A stretch of 50,377 nt of DNA, from the NCBI GenBank assembly GCA_051382335.1, contig JBBCAX010000399.1:1-50377 (forward strand), read 5' to 3'. The notes under the pieces were generated by a model that was given only the letters and a program-made list of their open reading frames with translations, did no database searches and was not told where the DNA came from. Below are positions 1 through 9,988 of the stretch, one piece after another (position 1 is the first letter of the stretch; each line of letters starts with the position of its first letter). A program made the translations under genes and the position numbers. The stretch comes from Deltaproteobacteria bacterium TL4 (GTDB taxonomy: Bacteria; SAR324; NAC60-12).

Positions 1-194
1 CGACTTTGAACAATTTGCTCAATATTACTCCTGAATAAAATCAGAGACTTATAAAGTCGTATTAGAATTAATGATAGGTTTGGCCTGAAAAACGGGAAAT
101 AATAACCTTGCATTAATTCATTCATAAGATAAAACCACTGATATTATTGAATAATTAAAACTAAAACCATGAATCAAATGTTCAAAGTCCAGTA
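1..194. mobile_element. Probable AT-rich MITE, left end cut by the window edge
   Basis: GACTTTGAACA (2-12) is the exact inverted repeat of TGTTCAAAGTC (179-189), which is followed by CAGTA. The interior is non-coding and AT-rich. Confidence 0.45.
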
Positions 195-377
195 GTTACA
201 AAACGCAATATTCAAACAGGCAAACGAGTTTTGGTCTGAACATAGCATATTAATTTTCACAAACCAGAAGAAAAAAAACAGAGAACCGGAGATAAGTTAC
301 GGTTGACAATGGTAATATTCCTTGTCAGCATGTATAGAGGTCGCTCTGAATCTGTAATTTATTTCAAGGACCATGCT

Positions 378-3300
378 ATGGAAAAAATTGATAACGATCC
401 TTTGAACAAAAAACTCCTGCCACGCTTCTCCAATTTAAAAATTCGGCAAAAGCTGCTCCTCATTTATATCATTTTTGCCACTAATTTAGTGGGACTCGCC
501 TCAGTAGGCTGGTTTGGAATGAATACTTTGTCGACAATCCGGGCTTATGTGGGAGGAGAAGGCTTATGGGCAAAAGCACAAAAAGAGGCCATCTATTATT
601 TACAAAGTTATTCATTTTCGCATAACATCAATCATTATCTGAAATTCCAAACGTTATTAAAAATCCCCTTGGGCAACAGTAAAGCGCGTCTTGAGTTGAA
701 TCAGGTCAATCCCAACATGGAGCTTGCGATACAGGGATTTATGGAAGGGATGAACGTTCCGGAAGAAGCGAAAGACATGGCTCATTTTTTTGTAAGATTT
801 CGCCATTTTGATTACATTGCTCAGACCATTAAAACATGGACTGAAGCCGATGGATATATTCTGGAACTCCAACGGTTAGGGGCCGACTTGTATCAACTTC
901 ATCAACAATTGCCTCATTCGGATTGGGATCTAATTCCTGAACAAAAGCGTATTTTTGAAAAGATTAATGAGGTTAATGATAAACTATCGGAACTTGAAAA
1001 TCGATTTTCTTTTGTCCTGGGTGAAGCCTCCCGCTGGGCTAAAAATCTGTTACTCTATGCTTTTTTGGGAGGAACCCTTTTAAGTGGGCTTTTTGGCATC
1101 TTCATTTCCACCTTGATCTCGAAAAATGTGCTTCACAATTTAAGCATTGCGGTTCAAATCGCGAAACGGGTTTCAAAAGGAGATTTAAGCGCGCAGTTAT
1201 TGACGGCCAGCAAAGACGAGACGGGAGAACTCCTCAATACCCTGCAGAAAATGATTGATCGGTTAAAAGAAATGACAGAAATCGCGATTGCGGTGACTGA
1301 CAGAAACTACGACCTGAAAGTCTCAGTCAATGGCGAAGAGGATCTGTTAGGTCAGTCGCTCAACACCATGTTGACTAACTTATTGGTGTTGAGTACTGAA
1401 AACAGTCTTCAGCGTTGGCGTGATCAAGGACGCTCAAATCTTTATGACGCCATGCGCGGAGAGCAATCCATCAATAATCTGGCTCAAAGTATCATCAGTT
1501 GTTTAGTTCCTTATGTTGACGCCCAATTTGGGGCCTTATATATCAAAGATCAGGGTTCCTTTCACTTAATGGGGAGTTATGCTTATGCGTCTCCACAACA
1601 ATTTGAACAAACATTTAAACCGGGTCAGGGCTTGGTAGGACAGGCCGCCTTTGAAAAGAAAACGCTGTTCTATGACAATATCCCCCATGATTACGTTCAA
1701 ATTCGTTCAGGAATAGGGCAAACAAGTCCCAAAAATATTTTGATCATTCCCTTGCTGTATGCGGGCCAAACCATAGCCGTGCTAGAAATGGCCTCGTCCT
1801 ATTCATTTACAGAGACTCAAATGAGTTTCCTGGAAAGTTTGCGCGAAAATGTTTCCATCGCGCTCAATTCCGCGCAAGCCCGCTCAAGATTGGAAGAATT
1901 ACTGGAGCAAACTCAGAAACAAGCGGAAACACTGAAAATTCAGCAAAGCAAGCTTCAATTATCCAACAAAGAGTATGAAATTCAAACCCAAGCTTTAACA
2001 GAATCAAAGCATGAGTTAAGCAAACAACAAGAGCAGTTGAAAACGATCAACGAAGAACTGGAAGCAAAAACGTATGCGTTAGAAGCGCATCAGATGGAAA
2101 TAGAACGTAAAAACAAAGAATTGAAGCGGACGGGACAAGAGTTGGAAGAAAAAGCACATGATTTGGAACTAAGCAGTCAGTACAAATCGGAGTTTCTAGC
2201 CAATATGTCCCATGAATTGAGAACGCCTCTGAATAGTTTGCTGATTCTTTCAGAAATCTTGGCTAACAACAAGGATGGCAATTTAAGTCCGAAGCAAGTT
2301 GAGTTTGCAAACACGATTCATAATTCAGGTTCCGATCTGCTGCGTTTAATCAATCAGGTGCTGGATCTTTCGAAAGTGGAAGCTGGAAAAATAGAGATGG
2401 TTATAGAAGAGGTTTCGTTGCTAGAACTCATGAATTCGATCAAGCAACGTTTTCAACGGCTCATTGAAAAGAAAGGCCTGGCCTTCCACATCGAACTCGA
2501 CACGGGACTTCCGTCTCACATCAGTACAGACCCCTTTCGAGTGGAACAAATCCTTAACAATTTTTTATCCAACGCCCATAAATTCACAGAGCAGGGGAGT
2601 ATTACCTTCCGTGTTACTAAAGTGTCCCGCTATCCAAGCCTTATTTTAAATAAGATCTCAGAACAAACCCTCGTTTTTGCGGTGGAAGACACGGGAATTG
2701 GGATTCCCAAAAACAAACAAGAACTTGTTTTTGAGGCCTTTAGCCAAGTGGACGGCAGTATCAGTCGCAAATACGGTGGCACAGGTTTAGGACTCTCGAT
2801 ATCCAAGACCTTTGCTGAACTGCTGGGTGGAAGTGTCAGCATTCAAAGCCAAGAGGGTATTGGCAGTACTTTTTTTCTGCTGTTACCCTTTAAAGCTCCG
2901 GAATCGATTTCAACGCCTTTAGTCCAGCAAGCTAAAGCAAATGAATATCTCATTGAATCCCCAAGCAGTCACGCCAGCATTCACGATGATCGTGATGAGA
3001 TCTCACCCAATGATAAAACTATTTTGATTATAGAAGACGACCCCAGTTTTTCAGAAATTGTGCGGGATATTGCGCATCAGTATGGATTTAAAGGGATTAT
3101 TGCGGTCGATGGTCAGATGGGCGTAAAACTTGCGTTAAAACATCAGCCTACGGCGATCATTCTTGATGTGATGCTCCCCAAAATGGATGGTTGGCAGGTG
3201 ATCGAGGCCTTAAAACGGACACCGGAAACACGTAGAATTCCTATTCATTTTATTTCTGTGGTCGATGAAAAAACAAAAGCCATGCAATCAGGAGCCGTTG

Positions 3301-4196
3301 GGTTTTTTACAAAACCCATTTCACAAAGAAGCTTGGAGACCGTATTTATCAGGCTTAAAAATGCCGTAACCACTTCCTACAAACGTGTTTTAGTCATAGA
3401 AAACGAGGAATTATTAACACCTCAATTGAGATCACTCATGCGGAATCGTGATGTGATCACCTCAGTTTCTGGAAATAATGAAATCCTGGTGAAACACTTG
3501 AAAGATTCCCGATATGATTGTATCGTCATCAGAACGAGTTCATTAGAGGGGTCATTAGCAGCGCTTATGGTACATTTTAACCAGCAAGAGTCTTCCAACA
3601 ATCCACTTTTAATCATTTACGTGGATCATGAGTTGAGTAAAGAAGACGAAGAAGCGCTTGTGACTCGAAACGTTGAAGGCCTGCTGATTAAGGAAACGCA
3701 TTCTATCAATCAACTGTTTGACGAAATATTGACGTTTGTCAAACGTCTTAGTCAGAGTCTGGATTTGACGCAGAAGCATCAACTCTCAGATAATGTAGCG
3801 CTGATAGCACAGGGACTTGAAGGAAAAACCATTCTTTTGGTGGATGACGATGCCAGGAGTTCTTTCGCGCTTTCTCAAATGTTGGAAGGACACGGAATCA
3901 AATACAAGTTAGTCTTTGATGGAGAAGAGGCTCTGTCCGCTCTCAACGCAGGTCCTTATCCAGACTTGATTTTTATGGACATCATGATGCCTGGGATGGA
4001 TGGTTATGAAATCATCAAAGCGATTCGAGAACGAAACGCGTTGAAAAAAACGCCCATCATCGCCTTAACCGCAAACGCGATGAAAGGAGATCGTGAAAAG
4101 TGTTTGGACTATGGGGCCAATGATTATTTGTCCAAACCGATTGTTTCTGATTTGCAGTTTCTCTCTATGATAAAAAAATGGGTTGAATCCGCCTAA
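378..4196 (+). CDS. Membrane hybrid sensor histidine kinase (TM sensor-HAMP-GAF-coiled coil-HisKA-HATPase-3xREC, middle REC degenerate)
   Basis: H-box FLANMSHELRTPLN, N-box NFLSNAHKFT, DTGIGI and GGTGLGL motifs; REC motifs ILDVMLP and FMDIMMP. ATG 378 chosen because AAGGA precedes it; the ORF is open from 303. Confidence 0.93.
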   Translation: MEKIDNDPLNKKLLPRFSNLKIRQKLLLIYIIFATNLVGLASVGWFGMNTLSTIRAYVGGEGLWAKAQKEAIYYLQSYSFSHNINHYLKFQTLLKIPLGNSKARLELNQVNPNMELAIQGFMEGMNVPEEAKDMAHFFVRFRHFDYIAQTIKTWTEADGYILELQRLGADLYQLHQQLPHSDWDLIPEQKRIFEKINEVNDKLSELENRFSFVLGEASRWAKNLLLYAFLGGTLLSGLFGIFISTLISKNVLHNLSIAVQIAKRVSKGDLSAQLLTASKDETGELLNTLQKMIDRLKEMTEIAIAVTDRNYDLKVSVNGEEDLLGQSLNTMLTNLLVLSTENSLQRWRDQGRSNLYDAMRGEQSINNLAQSIISCLVPYVDAQFGALYIKDQGSFHLMGSYAYASPQQFEQTFKPGQGLVGQAAFEKKTLFYDNIPHDYVQIRSGIGQTSPKNILIIPLLYAGQTIAVLEMASSYSFTETQMSFLESLRENVSIALNSAQARSRLEELLEQTQKQAETLKIQQSKLQLSNKEYEIQTQALTESKHELSKQQEQLKTINEELEAKTYALEAHQMEIERKNKELKRTGQELEEKAHDLELSSQYKSEFLANMSHELRTPLNSLLILSEILANNKDGNLSPKQVEFANTIHNSGSDLLRLINQVLDLSKVEAGKIEMVIEEVSLLELMNSIKQRFQRLIEKKGLAFHIELDTGLPSHISTDPFRVEQILNNFLSNAHKFTEQGSITFRVTKVSRYPSLILNKISEQTLVFAVEDTGIGIPKNKQELVFEAFSQVDGSISRKYGGTGLGLSISKTFAELLGGSVSIQSQEGIGSTFFLLLPFKAPESISTPLVQQAKANEYLIESPSSHASIHDDRDEISPNDKTILIIEDDPSFSEIVRDIAHQYGFKGIIAVDGQMGVKLALKHQPTAIILDVMLPKMDGWQVIEALKRTPETRRIPIHFISVVDEKTKAMQSGAVGFFTKPISQRSLETVFIRLKNAVTTSYKRVLVIENEELLTPQLRSLMRNRDVITSVSGNNEILVKHLKDSRYDCIVIRTSSLEGSLAALMVHFNQQESSNNPLLIIYVDHELSKEDEEALVTRNVEGLLIKETHSINQLFDEILTFVKRLSQSLDLTQKHQLSDNVALIAQGLEGKTILLVDDDARSSFALSQMLEGHGIKYKLVFDGEEALSALNAGPYPDLIFMDIMMPGMDGYEIIKAIRERNALKKTPIIALTANAMKGDREKCLDYGANDYLSKPIVSDLQFLSMIKKWVESA

Positions 4197-4258
4197 GCGG
4201 AAAGCGTCAGGCTCGTTGAGTTGTTATCATGGTTCTCTCTTTTGTATAGGATAATGGT

Positions 4259-5530
4259 ATGTCTGCTCGGGGAAAAGCAAAAATTTTGGCTGTTGATGAT
4301 AGGCCTGAAAATATTTTAGCCTTGGAAAGCCTACTGGAAGAATTTGATCTGGAAGTGATTAAAGCCTATTCCGGGGCAGAGGCCTTGAAACTGTCCTATC
4401 AACATGATCTGGCTTTAATCCTGTTGGATGTCCAGATGCCGGATATGGATGGTTTTGAAACCGCTGAAATATTACGCACTATAGAAAAAACAAGGTACGT
4501 TCCCATTATCTTTGTAACGGCCATAAATCATACTCAAGAACACATGTTCCAGGGATACGAAGCGGGAGCTGTGGACTACCTGTTCAAACCTATTGCACCC
4601 TATATGTTAAAAGCCAAAGTCAACGTATTCATCCGGTTGGATTATCAACGGAAGCAACTTTTGGCACAGACTCAAAAACTGGAAGAATGGAATATTCAAC
4701 TCAATCAAGAGATAGAAAAAAGAAAAGCGGCGGAGTCTAAGGCTAAAAAGGCTTTAAACCAGATAGAGCGGCAGCAGGAACGAATTCAAGAGGAACTTGA
4801 AGAAGCCCGTAACATACAAAAGTTTTTTCTCCCCAGAAATTTACCGGATTTCCCGAATATTAGCCTGAATTGTACCTATGTTGCGGCCAAAGATATTGGA
4901 GGAGATCTTTATGACATCGTCAAAATCGGAGATAACCACCTCTGTTTGATGATTGCTGATGTCTCCGGACATGGGATCCCTGCGGCCTTATTATCATCGA
5001 TGCTCTCTTATGTTTTTAAAACCAGTGTTTCCCAGAATCATTCTCCAGACCATGTGATCCAGTCGATTAATAATGTACTGTATCAAAATATCCCCAAGGA
5101 TAAATTCGCAACCATGTTTTATGGTGTCTATGACATCCGCTCCCAACTGCTTTCCTACATCGGAGCAGGACACCCCTCCCCTTATTTGATCCGTGCCCAA
5201 AGCCAGGAATTGATTTCACTTCCTCCGACCTTATCCCCTTTAGGGATCCAGCACATTGAGGGTGTCAATCCGACGGTCAACCATCTCCCCATGCTTCCGG
5301 GAGACAAACTGATTCTATACACCGATGCCTTAGTGGAAGTGTTTGATGCGCAACTTCAAATTTTAGGGGAGGAGGGATTACAGAATTTTCTAAAGCGGCA
5401 TTTTCAATCCAGTAGCAAAGATCTGTTAGCTGAACTGTATCGCTTTGGACTTGAATACTCCAAGCAGGAGAAGTACGACGATGATTATACGATGGTGATT
5501 ATGGAACTGCATGCTGAGATCCCGAATTAA
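4259..5530 (+). CDS. Response regulator with PP2C/SpoIIE (RsbU-like) phosphatase output
   Basis: N-terminal REC (VDD...LLDVQMPDMDG); PP2C motifs IGGDLYD, ADVSGHG, LYTDAL, DDDYT. Confidence 0.92.
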   Translation: MSARGKAKILAVDDRPENILALESLLEEFDLEVIKAYSGAEALKLSYQHDLALILLDVQMPDMDGFETAEILRTIEKTRYVPIIFVTAINHTQEHMFQGYEAGAVDYLFKPIAPYMLKAKVNVFIRLDYQRKQLLAQTQKLEEWNIQLNQEIEKRKAAESKAKKALNQIERQQERIQEELEEARNIQKFFLPRNLPDFPNISLNCTYVAAKDIGGDLYDIVKIGDNHLCLMIADVSGHGIPAALLSSMLSYVFKTSVSQNHSPDHVIQSINNVLYQNIPKDKFATMFYGVYDIRSQLLSYIGAGHPSPYLIRAQSQELISLPPTLSPLGIQHIEGVNPTVNHLPMLPGDKLILYTDALVEVFDAQLQILGEEGLQNFLKRHFQSSSKDLLAELYRFGLEYSKQEKYDDDYTMVIMELHAEIPN

Positions 5531-5724
5531 AACCTGAGTTCTGAGTGAAATTTTTTATGGATACGCGCTCTCCGGAACCTTTCTATTCCTACGCTTTCAA
5601 AAAATATTAGTAAAAAACACAATTTGATTCAAGCAGGCCTTGACATTTAACACCCATATTCGTTACGCAAAAAGGAGTGTTATATTTTTTTTGAAATCAA
5701 CAGTTTATTGAGAAGAGGCAGATT

Positions 5725-6936
5725 ATGGAAGACTTTTTTAACCATCCGTTTATCTATCTTACCATGCCGTTTATCAGTGCGATTGTGGGCTGGGGGACTA
5801 ATGTGGTCGCAATTAAAATGATGTTTTATCCTATAGAATTCGTTGGGAAACCACCTTTTTTGGGGTGGCAGGGTATTGTTCCGACAAAAGCGGTCAAAAT
5901 GGCAAGTTTGGCAGTGGACTTGATGACCTCCAAATTACTTGATGTGGCTGAAGTATTCAGTCGCCTGGATCCGGAACGTATCGCCAAGGAAATGGAAGAA
6001 CCCATGAACAGCATGGTTGAGGATATAGTGATGGAAGTGATGCATCAGCAAGCACCCAATCTATGGGAATCCATTCCTGAAAGCCTCAAGCAGGAAGTTT
6101 ACAAGCGAGCAAAAAAAGACGCCCCGGCCATGATTGCAGAAATGATGACAGAAATTAAAGACAACATTGAAGAATTATTCGATATCAAAGACATGGTGAT
6201 CACAAACCTGGTAAAAGATAAATCGCTATTAAATAAAATATTTTTGGAATGCGGACACAAAGAATTTCATTTTATTGGAGTCTCAGGATTTTATTTCGGA
6301 TTCATTTTTGGTGTCATTCAGATGATTGTCTGGATTTTCTACAAAGGAGATTGGACTCTTCCTGTTGCAGGACTTCTGGTGGGATATATTACGAACTGGT
6401 TAGCCTTGAAAATGATTTTTGAACCTAAAGAGCCCAAGGATTTTGGTCCCTTCAAGGGAATCCAAGGCTTATTCTTAAAACGTCAGCATGAAGTTGCAGG
6501 TGATTATGGAGCGTTGATCGCCGCAGAAATCCTGAACCCTCAAAATATTATCGAGGCACTTCTCAAAGGACCTTCGTCTGATAAATTGTTTAAACTGATC
6601 AGCCGACAGGTCAAATCGTCAATTGACGAAACCGCAGGATTGGCAAAACCCTTGGTAACAATGGCTGTAGGAACAAAAAATTACATAGAGATGAAGGAGA
6701 TCGTAGTCGACAATATCATGAAAGAAATTCCGGAATCCATGAAGCATGTTCATGCCTATACCGCGGAAGCGTTGGATATAGAAAACACCTTGCGTGAAAA
6801 GATGCAAAGCCTGACACCCACAGAATTTGAGGATCTGCTGCATCCCGCATTTAAAGAGGATGAATGGATTCTGATCGCCGTTGGCGGACTGCTAGGGCTT
6901 GGTGTTGGATTCTTTCAGTTACTTGTCATGTTTTAA
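5725..6936 (+). CDS. DUF445-family membrane protein
   Basis: Duplicated motif VGWGTNVVAIKMMFYP / VGYITNWLALKMIFEP, WQGIVP, and C-terminal EWILIAVGGLLGLGVG. Confidence 0.85.
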   Translation: MEDFFNHPFIYLTMPFISAIVGWGTNVVAIKMMFYPIEFVGKPPFLGWQGIVPTKAVKMASLAVDLMTSKLLDVAEVFSRLDPERIAKEMEEPMNSMVEDIVMEVMHQQAPNLWESIPESLKQEVYKRAKKDAPAMIAEMMTEIKDNIEELFDIKDMVITNLVKDKSLLNKIFLECGHKEFHFIGVSGFYFGFIFGVIQMIVWIFYKGDWTLPVAGLLVGYITNWLALKMIFEPKEPKDFGPFKGIQGLFLKRQHEVAGDYGALIAAEILNPQNIIEALLKGPSSDKLFKLISRQVKSSIDETAGLAKPLVTMAVGTKNYIEMKEIVVDNIMKEIPESMKHVHAYTAEALDIENTLREKMQSLTPTEFEDLLHPAFKEDEWILIAVGGLLGLGVGFFQLLVMF

Positions 6937-6958
6937 GCCACAGAACCTTTCTGCCTCT

Positions 6959-6984
6959 GAGAGAGGTGAGCCTTTGCCTCTCTC
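6959..6984 (+). terminator. Possible terminator hairpin after the DUF445 gene
   Basis: GAGAGAGG...CCTCTCTC 8-bp stem; no clear U-tract. Confidence 0.3.
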
Positions 6985-7150
6985 CCCTCAGCCTGGAAAA
7001 GTCGTTTCCTCACTTGATTTTTTGCGCCCGCTCATGTCTATAGATATAGATGTTCATTTAAATATATAAAACTCCTCCTGTTGCGTGATCCGTTTAAACA
7101 ACGCTGTTTCAGGAGTGCCAAAGCTTGCTTTGGCCAGAAAGGCGATGGCC

Positions 7151-7334
7151 CAATACCCGTGCATGAAATCAGGTTTGTAGTCCCGCCTTTAGGCGGAAAA
7201 CCCTGCTGAAAAGCCGCCTAAAGGCGGAACTACAAACTTTTCACCATGATTTCAGGAATACTTGCAGTAGTTATATAACTTACTGTAATTTTGGTGTTTA
7301 TTAATTAACGTTCCAATTTCATGCACGGGTATTG
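7151..7334. mobile_element. MITE family B (184 bp, IS4-like ends) nested in MITE A
   Basis: Perfect 19-bp TIR CAATACCCGTGCATGAAAT (7151-7169 / 7316-7334). 10-bp target duplication GGCGATGGCC (7141-50) / GGCGATGGTC (7335-44). The empty site is visible in the copy at 13208-13397. Confidence 0.9.
7173..7237. repeat. GTAG-type REP doublet (REPIN) inside MITE B
   Basis: GTAGTCCCGCCTTTAGGCGG (7177-7196) and inverted CCGCCTAAAGGCGGAACTAC (7214-7233); each is GTAG plus the palindrome CCGCCT-TT-AGGCGG. Confidence 0.85.
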
Positions 7335-7464
7335 GGCGATGGTCTTTCTTTGGATTTGGTAAAAGCAAGCTTTGGCACTCCACAGTCTAGGTTAGACTCA
7401 ACGGAATTTATTTAAATGAAGTCTATAGCTGTAATCAAAATCATTGCAATTGGAGTTCATGAAC

Positions 7465-8889
7465 ATGCAGAAACGTCAAAACCAGGCCCCCTTAGAATTT
7501 AAAATTGCGATTGTCGGTTCAGGTCCAGCGGGATTTTACGCCTTAGACGCTTTAGTAAAATCAGGACGAAGGGGCATCATGATCGATATGTTTGAGCAAT
7601 TGCCAACGCCCTATGGCCTTGTCCGCTCAGGCGTTGCGCCGGATCACCAGGACATCAAATCGGTGACAAAAATTTATGAACGAAATGCAAGTAAAGCAAA
7701 ATTTAGATTTTTTGGTAATGTTCAAGTAGGACAGGACCTTCAAAAGGGAGATTTATTCAAACATTATCATGTCATCATCTACTCGGTAGGCACTCAAACC
7801 GATCGTCGAATGGAAATTCCTGGTGAGTCCTTAAAGGGGTGTTACGCGGCGAAGGATTTTGTAGGCTGGTATAATGCGCACCCTCATTTTCGAGATGCCT
7901 CGTTTAATTTTTCAGCATCCAAAGTCGCCATCATCGGCATGGGAAATGTTGCCGCTGACGTCGCACGAATGCTGGTAACCGAGACCAAACGGTTCGCAAA
8001 AACGGACATTGCGGACTATGCACTGTCTGATTTACAGCGCAATAAAGCCAAGGACGTCTACCTCATTGCCCGACGCGGAGTGTTACAATCCGCTATCACG
8101 CCCACGGTCATCAGGGAATTTCTGAAGATTGAGGGGGTTGATATGGTTATTAATCCTGAAGACTTGGAACTGGACAATGCCAGTCAAAGGGCCTTGGACC
8201 ATGCTGATAAAGAAATGATACAGGGGTTCGAAATGTTGCAGTTCCTCTCACAAAGGCCAATACAGGGGCATCCCAAAAGGATCCATTTTTTATTTAAAAG
8301 ATCCCCCACTGAGGTACTGGGACTCGATCATAAAGTTTGCGGTCTCAGGTTGGTCCACAATCAACTCGTTGAGGAAAGTGGCGGGGCGATTAAAGCGGTT
8401 CCCACCGAACACTATGAGGAATTAAAAGTTCAATCCATATATCGAGCCATTGGATATCTGGGCATCCCCATTCCCCATGTTTCTTTTGACCCCAAACGCG
8501 GAATTATTCCTAATCGGCAAGGCCGAGTGATTGACTTGAAGACAGGAGCGGTGTGTCCCGGTGAATATGTGACAGGATGGGTAAAGAGAGGGCCAAGCGG
8601 CGTTATTGGAAGCAATAAAGCGGATGCCGCTGAAACTATAAGTCACATTCTTGAGGATTACCCCGAAACCTCGCAACTCGAACCTTCTGAGATAGATAAC
8701 AAGGATATTGTCGCTTGGCTCAAAGAAAATAAGATCCCTTATACTACCTTTGGTGATTGGAAGTTTATTGATGATACTGAAAGAGCGATTGGAGCAACGA
8801 AAGGAAAGCCTAGAGATAAGTTTTCTATCGTAGAACAGATGCTGGAACTGATTAACACGCATCGAAACTTTAGTGAGACCAACGGCTAA
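7465..8889 (+). CDS. Ferredoxin--NADP+ reductase (FprA/adrenodoxin-reductase type)
   Basis: IVGSGPAGFYA, PTPYGLVRSGVAPDH, IGMGNVAADVAR, GWVKRGPSGVIGSN, GKPRDK. Start chosen downstream of GGAG; the ORF is open from 7444. Confidence 0.92.
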   Translation: MQKRQNQAPLEFKIAIVGSGPAGFYALDALVKSGRRGIMIDMFEQLPTPYGLVRSGVAPDHQDIKSVTKIYERNASKAKFRFFGNVQVGQDLQKGDLFKHYHVIIYSVGTQTDRRMEIPGESLKGCYAAKDFVGWYNAHPHFRDASFNFSASKVAIIGMGNVAADVARMLVTETKRFAKTDIADYALSDLQRNKAKDVYLIARRGVLQSAITPTVIREFLKIEGVDMVINPEDLELDNASQRALDHADKEMIQGFEMLQFLSQRPIQGHPKRIHFLFKRSPTEVLGLDHKVCGLRLVHNQLVEESGGAIKAVPTEHYEELKVQSIYRAIGYLGIPIPHVSFDPKRGIIPNRQGRVIDLKTGAVCPGEYVTGWVKRGPSGVIGSNKADAAETISHILEDYPETSQLEPSEIDNKDIVAWLKENKIPYTTFGDWKFIDDTERAIGATKGKPRDKFSIVEQMLELINTHRNFSETNG

Positions 8890-8947
8890 CGGCGAATATC
8901 TGTTTCGCGACAGTGACTAATTAATTCAATGGATTCAACAGGTACTT

Positions 8948-9169
8948 ATGTGTTTAGGTATTCCCATGAAAGTTGTTGCCATGGATCCGGAAGATCCGGA
9001 TTTGTGCTGGGTTGAAGAAGCAGGGACCAAACGACCCTGCTTTATAGGATTACTTGAAGATGTCGTCATCGGAGAGTATGTTCTCTTACATGCAGGCTTT
9101 GCCATAGAAAAACTGGATGAAAAGGAAGCTCTGTACAATTTAGAACTGCTCAGCCAACTTCAAAGGTAA
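8948..9169 (+). CDS. hypC: [NiFe]-hydrogenase maturation chaperone HypC/HupF
   Basis: N-terminal MCLGIP and GEYVLLHAGFAIEKLD; 73 aa. Confidence 0.95.
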   Translation: MCLGIPMKVVAMDPEDPDLCWVEEAGTKRPCFIGLLEDVVIGEYVLLHAGFAIEKLDEKEALYNLELLSQLQR

Positions 9170-9190
9170 CCGTTTTATAAGAAAAAGATT

Positions 9191-9973
9191 ATGGAAATCA
9201 ATTATGAATCAATCAATCAGGTAGGACATTTATCCTTTACTGTTTATAATGGCGCAATGGATTTATACCACTGCGAAAAATTATTGGAAGCCTACCAAAC
9301 GGCCGCATCGTCAAAAGAGGACAAGGTGCTTGTTCTCTGGGGAGGCACAGAATTTTTCTCGAATGGAATTGACCTAAGCGCCATCCATCATCGCTACAAT
9401 CCCGCAATACTGGCCTATAAAAATTTAAAAGCGCTAAACGAGGTAATACGCGCGATTCTTGAAACCAAAGATAAGTTTGTGATTGCCGCGCTGCAGGGTT
9501 CTGCCGCAGCAGGAGGCGTGATGCTGGCGTTAGCGGCAGATCTGAGGTATGGACGTGACGGCATTGTTCTAAACCCCTCTTATGTCAATATGGGCTTATC
9601 CGGAGCGGAATACTGGTCGGTGTTATTACCCTCGATGATTGGTTATGGCAGAACTCAAAAATTGATTTACGAGGCAGAACCCCTTTCTTGTGAACAAGCG
9701 GTTCAATGGGGACTGATTCATGCGCAATTGAGTCGAGAAATTCACATATTTCAAAAAGAAGTCGCCCAAAAAGCGGAATATTTTGCCTCACACAATATAG
9801 AAACCCGGCTTGCCGCGAAATCAGTACTCAATCATCGTATGTTGAAAGAAATGGAGGAACAGATCCGCCTTGAAATGACTGCCATGAAAGAATGCTGTAA
9901 TCATGCGGAATTCGCTCAATCCCGGAGTCACTTTATCTCCAAGCACAAAAACAATCCATACCCTCAACATTAA
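9191..9973 (+). CDS. hypX: Stand-alone C-terminal (crotonase-fold) half of HypX/HoxX
   Basis: YNGAM, FFSNGIDL, AAAGGVMLALAAD and VLNPSYVNMGLSGAEYWS match the HypX C-domain pattern; lies between hypC and hypE. Confidence 0.85.
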   Translation: MEINYESINQVGHLSFTVYNGAMDLYHCEKLLEAYQTAASSKEDKVLVLWGGTEFFSNGIDLSAIHHRYNPAILAYKNLKALNEVIRAILETKDKFVIAALQGSAAAGGVMLALAADLRYGRDGIVLNPSYVNMGLSGAEYWSVLLPSMIGYGRTQKLIYEAEPLSCEQAVQWGLIHAQLSREIHIFQKEVAQKAEYFASHNIETRLAAKSVLNHRMLKEMEEQIRLEMTAMKECCNHAEFAQSRSHFISKHKNNPYPQH

Positions 9974-9988
9974 CCAAGGACCCCAAAC

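Larger units (their letters stand above)
7112..7381. repeat. GGAG-type REP doublet (REPIN) inside MITE A copy 1, split by MITE B
   Basis: GGAG-T-GCCAAAGC-TT-GCTTTGGC (7112-7134) and an inverted partner ending AAAGCAAGCTTTGGCACTCC at 7381. Confidence 0.75.
7047..7425 (+). mobile_element. MITE family A, copy 1 (IS630/Tc1-like ends, TA duplication), carrying a GGAG-type REP doublet and interrupted by MITE B
   Basis: Ends TAGATGTTCATTTAAATA ... TATTTAAATGAA-GTCTA flanked by TA (7045-46, 7426-27). Closely similar to 13208-13397 once the insert is removed. Confidence 0.85.
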
